Below are positions 36,859 to 46,609 of a DNA stretch of 62,820 nucleotides, in pieces; the stretch's first letter is position 1; every line of letters starts with the position of its first letter. The notes beneath the pieces were generated by a model, which did not search any database, was not told the DNA's origin, and worked only from the letters and a program-made list of their open reading frames with translations. The stretch lies in IMG/VR virus record IMGVR_UViG_3300005549_000008; one strand, written 5' to 3'. A program made the translations under genes and the position numbers. Origin of the DNA: an uncultured virus (IMG/VR IMGVR_UViG_3300005549_000008) (taxonomy: Duplodnaviria > Heunggongvirae > Uroviricota > Caudoviricetes).

Positions 36859-37563
36859 TTAGTTTTTGCTACTGAAGATGCCGCCTACGCCGTTGCTCTT
36901 CAGTGCTGCTAGTTCGGCTGTTGGATCGAAAACTTCTTGATCGGTGACCTTCTTGGTCGCGCGCTCGATGAGCTCAGCGTCGCCCCGATCGAGCTGCGCT
37001 TCGCTTACGGTGTCACGCGGGTTACGAATCTCGCATGCGAGCACCATGCTGTCGCGCAGCGTCACGTACTCCCCGTTGTCGGTCTTCTGCGCAAGGCAGA
37101 CACGCTGCACGAACTTACGATCGACGTCTCCACCGATGTCCGTGAGCGACCGCGCGTAGTACTGACACGCCGGGCGCACCGGCTCGACCTCGGACCAGCC
37201 GCTCGCTTCCCCGCCCACTCGATGGAGCACCCACCAGATCGCGCGCACCACCCAACTCTTGCGCTGGTAACGTCGCCTGAGCAGCTCGCGCGTCTCCACT
37301 CGATAGGAACCGTCCGGTGCGCGCGACACTTGGACGGGATCGAATATCTCGATAACCTCACCCCACTCGTTGCGGATCACGAACGAGCTCGTGTCCGCCA
37401 TGCAAACCATGGTGTCCACGCGCAGCGGCGGCGCCGCCATCATGGCGCCGAGGTTGATGTGCTGCGGCATCCCGTCGGCAGGATTTACCCCCATCGCCAT
37501 CGGCGCCGGAGCATGCTGATAGAGCTCCTCGTCCGCCGAGGCTCGCTCGAACTCGGTTTTCAT
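36859..37563 (-). CDS. Hypothetical protein
   Basis: GAGGT RBS; ATGA overlap. Confidence 0.65.
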   Translation of the reverse strand: MKTEFERASADEELYQHAPAPMAMGVNPADGMPQHINLGAMMAAPPLRVDTMVCMADTSSFVIRNEWGEVIEIFDPVQVSRAPDGSYRVETRELLRRRYQRKSWVVRAIWWVLHRVGGEASGWSEVEPVRPACQYYARSLTDIGGDVDRKFVQRVCLAQKTDNGEYVTLRDSMVLACEIRNPRDTVSEAQLDRGDAELIERATKKVTDQEVFDPTAELAALKSNGVGGIFSSKN

Positions 37564-38072
37564 TCGGATACCTCAGTCTTTGGAGGTACAGCATTCGGGC
37601 CTTCGGTTTCAAGAGCCAGTTGCTGCTTAATTGCAGCGATCCCGGCTATAGAGGGCAAAACGTGCTCCGTCTTGTGCTCATCGCGCACCTCGGCAAAAAT
37701 TGGGTCGATTTTGGGGACCTTGCCGCCCGTGGCCTTGTAGAGCTGAAAATGAAGCTTTTCGATGCCTGCTAACATCAGATTCTGGGCGTTACCGTGCTGG
37801 ATGCTTTCCCGGTAGTAGCTCGCCTGCCAGGTATTTCTCTCCAGCACCGCGTCGTTGATCTTGGTGAAGAACTCTTCGGCGCGGCGCTGCTCCACCTTGA
37901 GGGCGCGCGCCAGCTCGTCGACCTCCCGAACCAGTAGCTCGCGACTCTCGTGATTGATCCCGCCTACCACCCGCACCGACTCGCGCGCGGTGCGGCGCGA
38001 CCAGATCCAGAGACCGAAAAATAGCCCCGCCCCTAGCCAACCAGCGACCGCCAATCCAATCATGAGAATCAT
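37560..38072 (-). CDS. Membrane-anchored coiled-coil protein
   Basis: N-terminal TM followed by coiled coil. Confidence 0.65.
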   Translation of the reverse strand: MILMIGLAVAGWLGAGLFFGLWIWSRRTARESVRVVGGINHESRELLVREVDELARALKVEQRRAEEFFTKINDAVLERNTWQASYYRESIQHGNAQNLMLAGIEKLHFQLYKATGGKVPKIDPIFAEVRDEHKTEHVLPSIAGIAAIKQQLALETEGPNAVPPKTEVSE

Positions 38073-38127
38073 TGAGTTACCGTTTTCTTAATTGGTTTCC
38101 GATAGTTACAGTGTTGCACGTGGAACA

Positions 38128-38613
38128 TTATGCGCTCCGTGCCGCGAGTGGCGCCACGGAAACCACCCCGGCTATCGCCACGGCGGTGGCGATCAGGAGG
38201 CGCCGATCCCGACTGCCAAGTGGGTGCTGAAGCTGCTTCCGCACCTTCCGGGCCAGGCTCCGCTCATCCAAACCGAGCGTTTGGCATATCAATTGCATAT
38301 CCATCTCCACCACCGGAATATTGATGGTCCTGGCTACCATGCGCAGCATGTAGCGGACCGCCTCAATGTGCTCGGGGGGCTCCTTGGTGTTGAGCGGCGG
38401 CCCGAGGGCGAGAATGGCCGGCGGTGTACGCTCGAGAACGATGTCGAGCACCAGGCGATGTACGGCCGCCTTCTTCAGGAGAGTAGCGGTCGAATTTTTG
38501 AGCTTGCTCCCGAGTAGAACGTCGCAATCCAGGGGGTTGACGATAGGCAGCGAGACGTCGACCACGCAGTAGCCCATCGAAGCCAGGCCGGGAACGATCC
38601 CCAGTGCAATCAC
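38128..38613 (-). CDS. RuvC-like Holliday junction resolvase homolog, catalytic acids lost
   Basis: ALGIVPGLASMGYCVV matches ILGIDPG..GYGVI except D to V; other acidic sites appear absent. Confidence 0.65.
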   Translation of the reverse strand: MIALGIVPGLASMGYCVVDVSLPIVNPLDCDVLLGSKLKNSTATLLKKAAVHRLVLDIVLERTPPAILALGPPLNTKEPPEHIEAVRYMLRMVARTINIPVVEMDMQLICQTLGLDERSLARKVRKQLQHPLGSRDRRLLIATAVAIAGVVSVAPLAARSA

Positions 38614-38987
38614 GAGTTCTCGGCACTGTGACGCTGGAAGACCCGCTGCGTCAAGCCTCATCCTGGTGTCAAGTTAAAAGCACACTCTGGATCAGCGGTT
38701 CCGTCGCTGTTTTCGTACACGCCGTCGCTCTTTACGCTCGGAGGTTGGCCGGCGCTTGGGACGTTCAATGCGGGCTGCCGCCGCGACTGGTGTGATCGGT
38801 ACCGCCTTCGGGAACGGCGGAGCCTCGAGCACGTAGGGTTTCATTGTTACGGACGGGTCAGGGTCGGGCGGCACTCCCTGTGGCACCTCGATCGCGCCGT
38901 CGATGGGTCGCCGCTTCGGGAGAAACGGCGCCGGGACAGGATGACCGGTGAGCGCGCAACCGAGCGCCATGATCGACTGCAGTGGGG

Positions 38988-39254
38988 TCAGCCTGCTCCG
39001 GTGCACCGCGACACCAACCTCTGCATGAACTCGGAATCAAACGCAAGCAGAAATATGTGCTTAGACCGGCTGCCCCGGGGGGCCGCGCGCCGCCTCAGCC
39101 AGCCCCGCTTTTCCAAAGTATGGAGCCGGCGCTCGGTGGCTGTGTAGTTCTCGCTCACGGCGCGAGCGAGTTCACCGATGGTCATGCCGCGGGCAGCGCA
39201 ATGCAGAGTAGTTAGGAGTTTCACCTGGTGCTCGGTGGGCGCGCGCTGCGTCAT
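38988..39254 (-). CDS. Winged-helix (MarR-like) DNA-binding protein
   Basis: MTIGELARAV..TATERRLHTLEKRGWLRR. Confidence 0.7.
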   Translation of the reverse strand: MTQRAPTEHQVKLLTTLHCAARGMTIGELARAVSENYTATERRLHTLEKRGWLRRRAAPRGSRSKHIFLLAFDSEFMQRLVSRCTGAG

Positions 39255-39577
39255 GAGTGCGGCCCATCCGTAGTACGTAGGTTGCTATCCACGAAGGCGA
39301 GACCCATCACCACGAACCCCGGCGGCAACCCGAACGAGTCGCGCAGGATGTAGGTCACGAGCGTAAGCTCCCAGTCACCGCTGAACGCGCCGAGCTCGGG
39401 ATCGAACTCCAGTAGCAAGAGCTCGTCTCCTATTCGGTACTCTCGATCGTCTTTGCGAAATTCGAACGGCTTACGACGCGAGCGCACCGCCATGAATGGT
39501 TCGGGCCAACACTTGAGCTCGTGCCGTCGTGGCAGAGCAGGCGGCGTGACCCGTCGAATGGGAGGAGGTCGGATCAT
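39251..39577 (-). CDS. ASCH/PUA-like (DUF3850) protein
   Basis: HELKCWPEPF..RKPFEFRKDDREYRIGDELLL..VTYIL..GFVVMG. Confidence 0.85.
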   Translation of the reverse strand: MIRPPPIRRVTPPALPRRHELKCWPEPFMAVRSRRKPFEFRKDDREYRIGDELLLLEFDPELGAFSGDWELTLVTYILRDSFGLPPGFVVMGLAFVDSNLRTTDGPHS

Positions 39578-39906
39578 GTGGTTCGCTGGATCAGTTTCTC
39601 GGCTAGTCCCGTTGCATAGTCAACGAACCCATCGATCTCGACCGCAGCACGCAGCACCATCAACTGGGCGGCTGCAACGGGATTCGCTTGGGAGAATGTA
39701 GCCAGGCGCTCTTCAATGTCAGCATACGGCACCGACTTGTCCTGGCTGAGTAGCTGCACAAACCGGCGCCAGGCTTGCGTGGCTTCGTGTGCCTCCGGAT
39801 GGGTCCGGATGTACTCCTCGCGAAAGCGCGCACGGAGTGACTTAGACAGATCGTTGTTCTCTAGGATCGCACACAGGATCTTCGTGGCACACTCGGTCTT
39901 GTTCAT
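39574..39906 (-). CDS. Hypothetical protein
   Basis: AAGGAG RBS before ATG 39906. Confidence 0.6.
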   Translation of the reverse strand: MNKTECATKILCAILENNDLSKSLRARFREEYIRTHPEAHEATQAWRRFVQLLSQDKSVPYADIEERLATFSQANPVAAAQLMVLRAAVEIDGFVDYATGLAEKLIQRTT

Positions 39907-40034
39907 CGCGTGAGCTCCTTCAAAAAAAACACCCCCTTCTCTCCCAAGAGTCCAGTAATCCGTTGTCAAGAAGAGAAGGGGGCGGCCCATTACGGGCACC
40001 CCTCCACACCACCATGGTGCGAAGGAGCGAGGTC

Positions 40035-40409
40035 TTAGCTTTTGGTGATCCGCTGCCAGTACGCTTCGGTATTGTAGAGCCACGCGAGTGCAGCGCGCAC
40101 GGTCTCGACATCGGAGCACTCCACCAGCGTGGCAATGTTGCCTCCCAGGATCGAAGCCACCTCCCGCGAGGTCAGTGTGCGCACGGGACGCGGGTCGAGC
40201 GCTTCGCCGCCCGCGACCCCCTGTTTAAGTTCCCGCTCCCACCGATCCGCTTCGGCGTTGAGAGCCATAGCGAACCGCTGGTGATGCTCGTCACCAGATT
40301 GCGCACACAGCGCTGCCGCTTCTTCGCGTAGCTGGCTCGGAGAGGCATAACTGGCTCGCAGGAGCTGTGGGGTCCACTGCTCATCGGGGATGTCGCTCGA
40401 TTTGATCAT
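40035..40409 (-). CDS. Hypothetical protein
   Basis: AGGA RBS. Confidence 0.6.
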   Translation of the reverse strand: MIKSSDIPDEQWTPQLLRASYASPSQLREEAAALCAQSGDEHHQRFAMALNAEADRWERELKQGVAGGEALDPRPVRTLTSREVASILGGNIATLVECSDVETVRAALAWLYNTEAYWQRITKS

Positions 40410-40424
40410 GAAGTCTTCCTTTGT

Positions 40425-40676
40425 TTAATTCGGGATCAGGTTCTGCTCATTCACGCAGTACACGCACACCAGCGCGACGTGGTCGGCGGTGCGAGCAGCT
40501 AGCTCTTCATCGCACTGCTGACACACCAGCACTCCCATCTCCTTCTTGGTCGGCGGCTCGTAGACGGCAACAGGGCGTTCGCGTTTCGCGACATGCTCAC
40601 AGACCACGTACCCGGACACTTCGGGACGGCTCGGGTGCAGGGTGCAGCGCACGTGAGGATAGACGGGGTCGCTCAT
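40425..40676 (-). CDS. Small Cys-rich protein
   Basis: CTLH, CEH, CQQC, CVYC; ATGA overlap with dnaB. Confidence 0.6.
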   Translation of the reverse strand: MSDPVYPHVRCTLHPSRPEVSGYVVCEHVAKRERPVAVYEPPTKKEMGVLVCQQCDEELAARTADHVALVCVYCVNEQNLIPN

Positions 40677-42112
40677 TTGGTATCCCAATCGGAAAAGTCA
40701 GCGCTACGGTCGAGGTTCTTGAAAACCATTTTCTTGGCATCAAAGTACACGAACGCGGTACCCGGCGGACCGTTGCGCTGCTTGGCAACAATGATCTCCG
40801 TCTCCCCGTCCTTCTCCGACTTGTCGTAGTAGCCGCGCCGGTAAAGCAACAACACATTGTCGGCGTCGTTTTCGATCGCTCCGGACTCACGCAGGTCACT
40901 GAGCTGCGGGCGCTTGTCCTTGCTGTTCCGGTTTTCCACCGCGCGGTTCAACTGACTGAGCGCCGCCACCGGCAGCAGTAGCTCCTTGGCCATCTCCTTG
41001 AGCCCGAGGGAGATGGATGCGATCTCCTGCTCGCGACTGCTACCACCTTGGCGGCGCACCCCCTTCATGAGCTGCAGGTAATCCACGGCGACCAGGGAGA
41101 GGCGGCGAGCCTTGCACGGCGTGGTGCCATTCAGGATCTCGCGATTCAGTTTCTTTGCAATGGCGCGTATCTCGAGCACCGAGCGCCCGGGTTTGTCGTC
41201 GATCCAAATCGGGTAATGCTGCAGAGCGGCCACAGCATTCACCAGATCCGTGTACTGCTCCTTACTAGGCCCGTACTTTCGGATACCCTCTAAATCGATC
41301 CCTGCATGCGAACACACGATACGCAGCGCCACCTGAGCGCGCGGCATCTCGCCTGACCACAAAAACACTCCCTCGGGTAGCGTCTCGGCATCTGGACGCG
41401 GCTTGGCAACGTTGTGGATCAACGTGGTGACCAGGCTCGTCTTGCCCATACCCGGGCGCCCCGCAATGACATTTAGATCACCGTCATGGAGTCCGCTTAT
41501 GATCTGGTCGAGGTCGGTGAGTCCCGTGGAGATCCCTGTCGTGAGCTGACCACGTTCTCGAGCCTGCTGCAAGCGTTGGACCTCGGTAAACCCTGCTTGC
41601 GCAACGTGCTCCATCGTGCCCACGCGATCGTGGTGCGCAAGCTCACTAATGGATTGCTCGAACTTCTCGATCCACTCTTGCTCGTTGCCGATCGCGCCGT
41701 AACCCTCGGCGGTGATGATCTGTCCGATGGACAGCACCTGCCGCACCTTCCACTTATTGACGATGGTCTGGACGTGCTGCTCGATGTACGCAGTTGCCGG
41801 TTGGTACTCACTCAGGGTGGCGAGGTACGGTGTGCCGCCCACTTGCGCGAGCCGGCCCTGGTTACGAAGCTCGGTCGCTACCGCTACGACATCCACCTGC
41901 TTAGCGGCGAGCTGTAGGGTTACGATTGCATCGAAGATACGGCGGTTGGCGTCGGCGTAAAAGTGCTCCGATTGGAGTAGGTCGTAGACGCGATCGAACG
42001 TTGTCTCGCAGTACTGAAGAAGGGTACTCAGCACCATGCCTTCCGCGTCGAGGTCACACGGAGGGGCGCGACCGGAAACATCCGGTCGAAGCGGGACAAC
42101 GTTTTCGGTCAT
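40673..42112 (-). CDS. dnaB: Replicative DNA helicase
   Basis: IAGRPGMGKT, VDYLQLM, LSQLNR, RPQLSDLRESGAIENDAD, AKQRNGP. Confidence 0.97.
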   Translation of the reverse strand: MTENVVPLRPDVSGRAPPCDLDAEGMVLSTLLQYCETTFDRVYDLLQSEHFYADANRRIFDAIVTLQLAAKQVDVVAVATELRNQGRLAQVGGTPYLATLSEYQPATAYIEQHVQTIVNKWKVRQVLSIGQIITAEGYGAIGNEQEWIEKFEQSISELAHHDRVGTMEHVAQAGFTEVQRLQQARERGQLTTGISTGLTDLDQIISGLHDGDLNVIAGRPGMGKTSLVTTLIHNVAKPRPDAETLPEGVFLWSGEMPRAQVALRIVCSHAGIDLEGIRKYGPSKEQYTDLVNAVAALQHYPIWIDDKPGRSVLEIRAIAKKLNREILNGTTPCKARRLSLVAVDYLQLMKGVRRQGGSSREQEIASISLGLKEMAKELLLPVAALSQLNRAVENRNSKDKRPQLSDLRESGAIENDADNVLLLYRRGYYDKSEKDGETEIIVAKQRNGPPGTAFVYFDAKKMVFKNLDRSADFSDWDTK

Positions 42113-43041
42113 GTGGCGACGAGAGCTATCTGGTTCAGCGAGTCGATATTGAACGCTTGAAGGTACTTGGCTTCGTCGTGCTTGCGCGTAAACGTCTTAC
42201 TCAGGATCAGCATGCCGCGTTGATGCTGCCAGCGTTTCTGAAACAGCAAACTGAGCTCGTCCCAGAACCAGTCGGAAAATTTACCGAGCTCCACGTTGTC
42301 GATGACGAGAAAGTCAACTTCAGTCAGCACCTGCGTGGGGCGCTCATCGCGCTGGTCCATGTAGAGATGCATCTCCTGCAATAGCTCCCGCGCATCAACA
42401 AATCGTGCCCAGAGGCCGCGGCGCATTCCGAGGCTGTTGTAACCCTTAAGTATCTCACGCAGCATGGCCACACCGAGCTCGGTCGACTTCGGACCCGGGA
42501 CGATGCCGACCGGACCTTCGTTGAACCGACTCAGGAAGTAGTCCTTGATCAGCGCGCCGTATGCTTGCTTCTGCTGTTTGGTCCAGGTGCGCGTCAGCTC
42601 GGATGAAACCGCACCGCTGAGCCGTTCCGGCACTCCAAACTGTTGGAGACGGTTTCGAATCTGAAATTCACGCCAGCGGTCGCCGCAGCTCACCGAGCTC
42701 GGGATACCGTTCTGTAAAACTGGTACGTGACCCTTCGGTAACTTCGCTTCATGGTCCTTACAAGCCCCACCATATGAGGGGCAGTTAGCGCACAGCTTCA
42801 GTCTGTATTCGGCGCCGTCGTAGTAAGAAATGGTCTCGGCCAGTAAGCCGTCTTCAGTCAAAGTCGATGGGAAGACCTGAGCCAACATCGGGTACTTCTG
42901 TCGTAGATAGGGGTGAGCTCCCCCCGCCTCGGCCATTTCGTTTTTCATGACCGTTTGGTCGCGCTCGAGATGTTGGTGCAGCTTCGCGAGCTCGACCTCG
43001 AGAGCGGTCTGCAGAGCTTGCGTTGGATTTTCGGTGTCCAT
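42109..43041 (-). CDS. DnaC/IstB-like helicase loader with degenerate Walker A
   Basis: Lies between initiator and dnaB; CANC Zn site; Walker B FLVIDNV; Walker A reduced to IVPGPKST. Confidence 0.65.
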   Translation of the reverse strand: MDTENPTQALQTALEVELAKLHQHLERDQTVMKNEMAEAGGAHPYLRQKYPMLAQVFPSTLTEDGLLAETISYYDGAEYRLKLCANCPSYGGACKDHEAKLPKGHVPVLQNGIPSSVSCGDRWREFQIRNRLQQFGVPERLSGAVSSELTRTWTKQQKQAYGALIKDYFLSRFNEGPVGIVPGPKSTELGVAMLREILKGYNSLGMRRGLWARFVDARELLQEMHLYMDQRDERPTQVLTEVDFLVIDNVELGKFSDWFWDELSLLFQKRWQHQRGMLILSKTFTRKHDEAKYLQAFNIDSLNQIALVAT

Positions 43042-43693
43042 TTTGCTCCGAATCTGGTGAATTCGAAAAAGTCTGCGGGGTCTCGATACTTAGGAACGGT
43101 TCGGGAACGGTTCCAGGAACCGTTCCGAAACCGTTGGATGCTGATGCTGATGCCGAGGGTGATGTTGAAGATGATTTTCCGGAGGGGGGACCGGGGGGTG
43201 GCGCACCGGACCAACTGAGCTCACCGCGCGACTGTTTCTTGCCAGCGACTACACGGCCAAAAGTGTCTTCCCAGGTGTCGAGCACAGCGCGCTGTTCGGG
43301 TTTGATGGCCCAACGCAGGCTCTCGATGTGGTCGTATTTCAACTCAGATTCCGGGAAGTTACGCCACACATCGAACCAGCTTTTGAGCACATTCGGGTTC
43401 GGCGGAACGGAGTATTTTGGTGCGCTTGGAATTCTGACTACACGGTAAGCTGGGTCGTAACAGACCATCTCGACCTCGATGAGGCGCCCTAAATCCACCT
43501 CCACGGCGCCGCTGGGGCGGCGTAGAGCGGCTGACAGGGTCGCGATCGAGGTTCGCATCAACCCGGGGAGCGAAAGGCGCTCAGGGCACGTCAGGAGCAG
43601 CAGGAACACCAATCGCTCCCCGTCCGACAGGAGAATAAACTTTTGGTCGTCCCAGATTGCGGGCTCGACCGGCCACGGACCATTCTTCGCCAT
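42854..43693 (-). CDS. Phage replication initiator protein
   Basis: IWDDQKFILLSDGERLVFLLLLT wHTH N-terminus typical of phage Rep; SASASAS linker; internal iterons. Confidence 0.75.
   Translation of the reverse strand: MAKNGPWPVEPAIWDDQKFILLSDGERLVFLLLLTCPERLSLPGLMRTSIATLSAALRRPSGAVEVDLGRLIEVEMVCYDPAYRVVRIPSAPKYSVPPNPNVLKSWFDVWRNFPESELKYDHIESLRWAIKPEQRAVLDTWEDTFGRVVAGKKQSRGELSWSGAPPPGPPSGKSSSTSPSASASASNGFGTVPGTVPEPFLSIETPQTFSNSPDSEQNGHRKSNASSADRSRGRAREAAPTSRARPNGHEKRNGRGGGSSPLSTTEVPDVGSGLPIDFD
43093..43136. repeat. Four iteron-like 10-mers (candidate origin)
   Basis: GGAACGGTTC twice, GGAACCGTTC and GAAACCGTTG at 11-12 bp spacing. Confidence 0.65.
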
Positions 43694-43707
43694 GGGGGCG
43701 GAGTCCC

Positions 43708-43920
43708 TCAGCCGGTGGCGAGTTGGTTACTGGGCCTGATTATGCGTCGCGCGGCATCGCGGATGAGCCGGCGCAGTACGTCCGAACGGTTCAAGCGTTC
43801 GTGTTCCATGAGCCGCTCCAGGAGCTCTCGGTCGTGCCGATCGAGGATCAGGTTGAACTGTCCTTGAGCACCCAATCGACGGCGTTTCAGGCGACTTGAG
43901 GATTTTTTCGTGGTCGTCAT
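43708..43920 (-). CDS. CopG / ribbon-helix-helix regulator
   Basis: FNLILD..ELLERL..LNRSDVLRRLIRD. Confidence 0.75.
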   Translation of the reverse strand: MTTTKKSSSRLKRRRLGAQGQFNLILDRHDRELLERLMEHERLNRSDVLRRLIRDAARRIIRPSNQLATG

Positions 43921-44159
43921 GCGTGGGACCCACGTCTATATCGGATGTGGATAATTGGTGGCAACCAATTTGCCACGACGTGTCAAACTGGTGTTGCAAG
44001 TTGCACCAGAGCAACCAGAATGTATGTAACGGATCTGGTTGAGAAAGTTTCCGCGCTCTGGCGTTGGCAGAAAATCTACTGACCGGAATTAAATGTCTAC
44101 TTCGGGGATTCCCCGCAGTAGCGCGTCCCTTTGCTGCGGGAGACGGCACTGGTTGGGAC

Positions 44160-44366
44160 ATGGTACCTAAACCAAATATGCGCAAACGTGATGACGGACG
44201 AAGGGTTGGACCGGCGAAGTACTTCACCGAAGAAGAAATGGCTCAGATCGGATTCAGGTTGGACCATAGGGGATGGATGGTGCCGGTGGATTCAGGTAAA
44301 CCGCTTCGCGCCGGACCTGCTGTGCGACTGTCGGGCGGCTGCACGCTGATCAAGCTGATTCGGTAA
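44160..44366 (+). CDS. Hypothetical small protein
   Basis: Divergent from the RHH gene. Confidence 0.4.
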   Translation: MVPKPNMRKRDDGRRVGPAKYFTEEEMAQIGFRLDHRGWMVPVDSGKPLRAGPAVRLSGGCTLIKLIR

Positions 44367-44368
44367 AT

Positions 44369-44731
44369 TCAGAACAGTGGATAACCGCTGCACAGCTTGT
44401 CCTCGGGTTGCTTGCGCAACCACCCGACCGCGCAGTCGCGCGAACAAAACGTCAGCATCTGATTTGCGATCGTCATCGTCAGGCAGAGCTCGATCACGCC
44501 GGCCCCGAATGGACAAATTATCTTGAGCCCGTCCGTACGATAGAGCTCCATCTCACAATGGGAGCATTCCACGGCGCGACACACCCGGACATCCGCAGGT
44601 AGATGGTGGTTGCGGTACGCGCCCTCGAGCATCTCCGATTCCGTCGGCAGCAGGATACGCTCGTTGTCGTTATCGCGCTCTGACCACGCGACGCGCTCGG
44701 ATGACAGGTAGGTCGTGCGAAAAATCGTCAT
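44369..44731 (-). CDS. Hypothetical Zn-finger protein
   Basis: CSHC...FCSRDC. Confidence 0.55.
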   Translation of the reverse strand: MTIFRTTYLSSERVAWSERDNDNERILLPTESEMLEGAYRNHHLPADVRVCRAVECSHCEMELYRTDGLKIICPFGAGVIELCLTMTIANQMLTFCSRDCAVGWLRKQPEDKLCSGYPLF

Positions 44732-44753
44732 GCACTGTTGTGGAGACCGGACC

Positions 44754-45953
44754 TCAATCCTTCGCTCCGCCCTTGCCTTTACCGCGACCCTTCGTTTTTT
44801 CGTTCTCTGGCGGCGGCGCCGTCTGTGGCGCGCGCATCGCGGCGGCAAATGCCAGCAGTTTGTCGCCGCGCATTATGAGTACGTTCCAGTTCTCATCGTA
44901 GGTGATACCGATGGTCTCCGAGCCTGCCGCTTTGAGTGCCGGTAGCAACACCGCGGGGTCAAAGTGCACATCGAAAGCGCCGTCACCTTGTACCTCGAGC
45001 ATGTCTTCGCCAGCGTGATCCGAATCCACCAGATGAACGGTCAGCGCGCCAGCGCGCAAGTTGACCCGGAGACACGATGCGATACCAAGCGCGGCGGCGC
45101 CGACCGCTTGCGCGCAATCCAGAAAGCGATCGGCATCGACGCGACACTGCACCTGATCGGTGACGTCGGGCAGCGGGCGGAGCCAGTTTTCGATCGGCCA
45201 CTGTGACTGCGGGAGCTGCGCGTGGATTAGGGTGTGAGCGCACTCCAAAAACACCGCCGCGCTCGTCTTACGAATGATGAGGTCCCCATCGTTGGCTCCG
45301 AGCGTGCTGAGACTGTCGTGGCAAACGACGGGCAGGAACACGTTGAAATTCTGGGGTTCCTTGAGCTCACCAAACACGTAACAGTGGCCATGGGCCGAAG
45401 CGGGAGCGATTGAGCAGAGCGTGATCTTGGTCCCCTCGACGATTAATTGGGTGCCGCGCAGAAAGGAACGATCGGTCGAGCTCGCGGCTTCGCCACTCAT
45501 GCGTAGCGGAAAGGTAACTTTCTTGAGCCACCCCACCAGATCCCGAATAGGAAGCTTCAGGGTCTCAGCGTCGTCGGGCGGCAACATCAGGCGAGGATAC
45601 TTTTCGGCGGCCACCCCGGGCAGCGAGTACTTTCGCTTGCTGATCTCAGAGCGGACACTGACGCGCAACTTCTCCGGATCGACCAGAATCTCGACGTAGC
45701 CGGAGGGCATGTTGCGCACCGTGGTGAGCAGGTACTTCGTGTCCACTACAACGGAGCCCGGAACCTTGCCGATCATGACGGCGCGCGTGTCGACGGAAAG
45801 GAAGCTGTTGGTGCTGTACAGTCGCAGCTGTTGGTCGCCCTGGGTCTCGAGCAGCACCGCTTTGTGGTGGTCGGAGAGGCTCTTCTCGTTGGTGACGTTG
45901 TCGCAACGATCAATCGCCGACAGCAGGGTTTCACGCGCTACTTGAATGTGCAT
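44754..45953 (-). CDS. dnaN: DNA polymerase III beta sliding clamp homolog
   Basis: About 400 aa; RETLLSAI, LRLYSTN, GSVVVD, EKYP, RSFLRG, FDPAVLLPALKA, FAAAMR end. Confidence 0.8.
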   Translation of the reverse strand: MHIQVARETLLSAIDRCDNVTNEKSLSDHHKAVLLETQGDQQLRLYSTNSFLSVDTRAVMIGKVPGSVVVDTKYLLTTVRNMPSGYVEILVDPEKLRVSVRSEISKRKYSLPGVAAEKYPRLMLPPDDAETLKLPIRDLVGWLKKVTFPLRMSGEAASSTDRSFLRGTQLIVEGTKITLCSIAPASAHGHCYVFGELKEPQNFNVFLPVVCHDSLSTLGANDGDLIIRKTSAAVFLECAHTLIHAQLPQSQWPIENWLRPLPDVTDQVQCRVDADRFLDCAQAVGAAALGIASCLRVNLRAGALTVHLVDSDHAGEDMLEVQGDGAFDVHFDPAVLLPALKAAGSETIGITYDENWNVLIMRGDKLLAFAAAMRAPQTAPPPENEKTKGRGKGKGGAKD

Positions 45954-46073
45954 TGGGTTACGAACTTTCGTTGGTGGGTTGTTCCTGAAACTGATCAGCG
46001 CGGCGACGGCGCCGTCCAAAATCTACAGCTCAGGGCGCACGCGAGTCCGCGGGCCCGAGTTTCATGGCAGCCC

Positions 46074-46598
46074 CTACTTTTCTGATTTAGCCGGGAGCTG
46101 CAACAAGGGAATGGTCGACAGACTCGAGCCGATGCGCGCGAAGGCCTCCCGGGTTTTCAGGACCTCGTCCTTCAGTGGCCCCTGCAGGTTGCGGACATTG
46201 ATCATCTCGGACGTCTTCTGGACCCGCTGGTGAGCCAATCGAAAGCGGTTGGTTTCCCTGCGCAGTTTGTTGGCTGCTAGATCACCGTCATCGTGCGTCG
46301 CCCGGTAGCCCTCGACGCGGTCACCGATGATGCAGCGCTTGTGGCGCTCGCCAAGAATGACGTTGGCCTTGCCGATCATGTAGCTGAAGCGCGACCAGAT
46401 CGAGTTGTTCACCGTCGGTGTGTTGGGTAGGTTGAATGCAATCTTGGCCAGGCGCGACTTGTGGACGAAATCGAGCGGGTAGCGATCAGCCATCTCATTC
46501 AGGAACTCGGCGCAGCGCTCAGCAGGTGTGATGTCCTCCTTCGGTTGGTAGCTCTTGATGAAAGCGTCGGCAGTGTTACGGATGCGGGATCGAGACAT
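46074..46598 (-). CDS. Hypothetical protein
   Basis: GAGGAG RBS. Confidence 0.65.
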   Translation of the reverse strand: MSRSRIRNTADAFIKSYQPKEDITPAERCAEFLNEMADRYPLDFVHKSRLAKIAFNLPNTPTVNNSIWSRFSYMIGKANVILGERHKRCIIGDRVEGYRATHDDGDLAANKLRRETNRFRLAHQRVQKTSEMINVRNLQGPLKDEVLKTREAFARIGSSLSTIPLLQLPAKSEK

Positions 46599-46609
46599 TT
46601 ACGTGCTCC

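Noticed and set aside
39922..39938. A8 and C6 homopolymer runs as a phase-variation or frameshift site
   Set aside because: They lie upstream of the likely start at 39906, so no reading frame depends on them
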